From Girardia tigrina (Eukaryota): a stretch of DNA of 51,367 bases. The DNA is taken from positions 1 to 51,367 of the forward strand of contig MQRK01250761.1 of assembly GCA_001938485.1 (NCBI GenBank). Direction: 5' to 3'. Shown here in pieces: positions 50,923-51,367 of the stretch (positions are counted from its first letter, which is position 1; the number at the start of each line of letters is the position of its first letter). Under the pieces are notes generated by a model. The model worked only from the letters and a program-made list of their open reading frames with translations, made no database searches and was not told where the DNA came from. The translations under genes were made by a program, and so were the position numbers.

Positions 50923-51367
50923 CCCTAATTTCTTGCATATAACCCGCACCAATGTATAACCCGCACATTAAAAATATCAAAAATTTCTATGAAAAGTATA
51001 TTTTTTACGTATAACCCGCACTTAAATAAAGTCAGTTTAATTTCTACCTATTAATGTACTATTAATGTACTTTTAATATAATTACATTGTAATAATAATT
51101 TAAATAAAATCTAATAGTTTTGAAAATGTTGTTTTAATATTATAAATATTATGGATTTGAAACCAAACAAAAATGCCACCGAAACGTAAGTCTTATACCA
51201 ACGAATTTAAATTAAAAGTATTCAAATATGCTGAAGAAAATGGCTACTGAAGTGCGAGTCGTGAATATTCTGTGGATGAAAGTATTGTCCGAGATTGGAG
51301 AAAAAATAAGAATGTCTTAAATGTAATGCCGCGAGGAAAACGTGCCCGTAGAGGAAGTCTTCCATAT
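50923..51367 (+). mobile_element. pogo-family transposon 5' end; transposase with N-terminal Brinker/HTH DNA-binding domain and in-frame stop; runs off the window
   Basis: TA|CCCTAATTTCTTGCATATAACCCGCAC with three ATAACCCGCA subterminal repeats; ATG at 51173 gives MPPKRKSYTNEFKLKVFKYAEENGY*SASREYSVDESIVRDWRK. Confidence 0.85.

Overview
This is AT-rich eukaryotic (most likely invertebrate metazoan) genomic DNA with four assembly gaps, not a prokaryotic locus. One host gene dominates the window: a + strand ABCG2/BCRP-like half ABC transporter spanning about 7668-47707, with 11 exons I can place using GT-AG boundaries and phase checks. Those exons leave a reading-phase gap in the NBD-TMD linker, which a candidate cluster of 8-40 nt microexons at 30.1-30.7 kb closes. 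Introns are either tiny (41-58 nt) or 0.8-16 kb and packed with decayed, often nested transposons: mariner, Tc1/IS630, maT-like, pogo, MULE, hAT and piggyBac MITEs, Gypsy, solo LTRs, Penelope and RTE LINE. The last intron holds an antisense, internally deleted 28S rRNA fragment. The most unusual structures are two TG..CA-terminated long palindromes (42.3-43.6 kb and 48.8-50.8 kb) and a MITE resembling plant Stowaway elements. All family calls come from motif recognition by eye; no database searches were run.
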